The notes beneath the pieces were generated by a model. It was not told the origin of the DNA. It saw only the letters and a program-made list of their open reading frames with translations, and did not search any database. Of a stretch of DNA of 32,000 bases, positions 30,402 to 32,000 are shown piece by piece. A program made the translations under genes and the position numbers. Numbering within the stretch: the first letter of the stretch is position 1; each line of letters opens with the position of its first letter. This DNA is from Octopus sinensis. Taxonomy: Eukaryota. The stretch lies in NCBI RefSeq assembly GCF_006345805.1, contig NW_021829680.1, forward strand, positions 1-32,000. The letters are read 5' to 3'.

Positions 30402-30923
30402 TGCAGTACCAGGCAGTAGCTCTCATGGCTTCTGGTCTTAACTGATTGGAAGTGTTAATATGTACATTGATTTGGACAAGCAAATACGCTGCACAGTACC
30501 AAAGATTTGCTTGTCAGTTGTTTGATCTTAACCAGTTGAGCATGTCTCTTACTGGCTGACGATATGAGCATCTCTGATCATGAGCAGAAGTAGTGCGGAA
30601 GTAGCATAACCATGTGTTGAAAGGAATTCATTGGGGTTTGGATAATTCACTTTTGGAAACATGGGTGTTTAGTTCAACGTCCTTAGACAACCCTTATTCA
30701 GGGGACCTTTTGAGCGGGATGGACTACTCAACATAAAGAAATACTAACTGGGCCCCACCTGCAAGGTCATGCGCTGTTTATCTTGATATGAGATCACCAT
30801 GTCGCACACGTATGTTTGTGATGCGATGTGCCTGGTTTATCAGGTACATGCATTAGACAGGTAGTCATGATGGGTTTTACTGGGCTTCGTATATTTTACT
30901 ACATGCACTGCTCTCTCACTCAA
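30402..30923 (+). mobile_element. Family K, copy 2 (head-to-head with copy 1)
   Basis: tgcagtaccaggcagtagctctcatggcttctgg...gggccccacctgcaaggtcatgcgctgtttatcttg...ctctcactcaa. Confidence 0.85.
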
Positions 30924-30947
30924 CAATAACAACAACAACAATAATAA

Positions 30948-31160
30948 TAATCCTTTCTACTATCAGCACAAGGCCTGAAATTTGGGGGAGGGGGATAATC
31001 CATTACGTTGACCCCAGTACTCGACTGATATTTATTTTATAGAAAAGATGAAAGGCAAAGTCGACCTCGACGGAATTTGATTGTAGTACGTAAAGGCGGA
31101 CGAAATGCTGCTAAGCATTTTGATCGGCATTCTAACGATTCTGCCAGCACGCCTCCTTCA
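30948..31160 (-). mobile_element. SINE family A, full length
   Basis: Tail aatcctttctactatcagcacaaggcc through head aacgattctgccagcacgcctcc. Confidence 0.9.
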
Positions 31161-31164
31161 TAAG

Positions 31165-31345
<181 letters not shown>

Positions 31346-31604
31346 TAAAAAATTCATATATTTGCTATCAGGGCGACGGATGAAGGGAATAATACAACGA
31401 CAGAGTTAAAAAAAAAAGTGGGGATATTCATACAGGGAAATGGTAGAAAGATAATGAATAAATAAAGACGATTACATCGACCGCGGTAGTTACCTGGTAC
31501 CTTATTTATCCGCTCCAAAAGAGGCAAATGCGAAATTACCTGAAATTCGTTGCATAGAAGTAGAAGGGATAAAAGACCGACACCAGTATATGACTAGTGC
31601 TTTC

Positions 31605-31790
31605 AGTTGTTTTTGTTGTTGTTGTTGTTGTTGTTGTGGTCTTCTTCTTCTTCTTTCTTCTTCTTTTCTTCTTCTTCTTCTTTCTTTTTCTTCTTCTTCT
31701 TCTTCATCTCTCTTCTTCCTTTTCTTCTTCTTCTTCTTCTCTTCTTCTCTTCTTCTTCTCTTCTTCTTTCACTATTCTTCCACTTCTTCT
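31605..31790. repeat. (GTT)n/(CTT)n pyrimidine-rich tract
   Basis: Directly visible. Confidence 0.92.
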
Positions 31791-31915
31791 TGCCTTTCAT
31801 CTCTTCGGGATCGATAAATTAAGTACCACTGGAACACTGGGGTCGATGTAATCGTCTCATCATCTCCACCACAAAATTGCTGTCCTTGTGGCAAAATTTG
31901 AAGCCATTAATATTA
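31790..31915 (+). mobile_element. SINE family A, 3' part
   Basis: tgcctttcatctcttcgggatcgataaattaagtaccactggaacactggggtcgatgtaatcg...ccttgtggcaaaatttgaagcc. Confidence 0.85.
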
Positions 31916-31926
31916 TTATTATTGTT

Positions 31927-31957
<31 letters not shown>

Positions 31958-32000
31958 CTATTATTACTGGCCTTGTGCCGGAAATTGAAACTATTGTTAA

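Overview
AT-rich, microsatellite-saturated animal genomic DNA. It is most likely octopus/cephalopod, an inference from the tRNA-derived SINE families and the (AAT)n/(TA)n/(GA)n load. I can support no intact host protein-coding gene, rRNA, tRNA gene or CRISPR array; almost all ORFs in the supplied track are translations of simple repeats or repeat fragments. The window is intronic/intergenic and made of decayed mobile DNA. This includes an RTE LINE, three R4/Dong-clade pieces sitting in (TAA)n arrays, a ~1.9-kb Penelope-like element, a Gypsy integrase tail, ~19 copies of one tRNA-derived SINE (my 'family A'), CORE-type SINEs (B, E, F) and Helentron/HINE-like elements. Family letters are my own labels. 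Highlights: (1) at least three distinct Penelope-type minimal hammerhead-ribozyme (HHR) families, including one whose core has the C3-G8 tertiary pair swapped to G3-C8 (27376-27426) and one where the HHR tail is fused to a tRNA-derived Pol III head (22385-22622); every copy here carries an inactivating-looking lesion. (2) A ~250-bp near-perfect inverted repeat made by a locally templated copy landing inside a SINE (21892-23140). (3) An old tandem duplication of a HINE that carries a Gypsy integrase fragment as internal cargo (8724-11268). (4) An unidentified decayed ORF (4980-6430). All alignments and folds were done by eye; boundaries are approximate (about +/-10-20 bp) unless motif coordinates are given.
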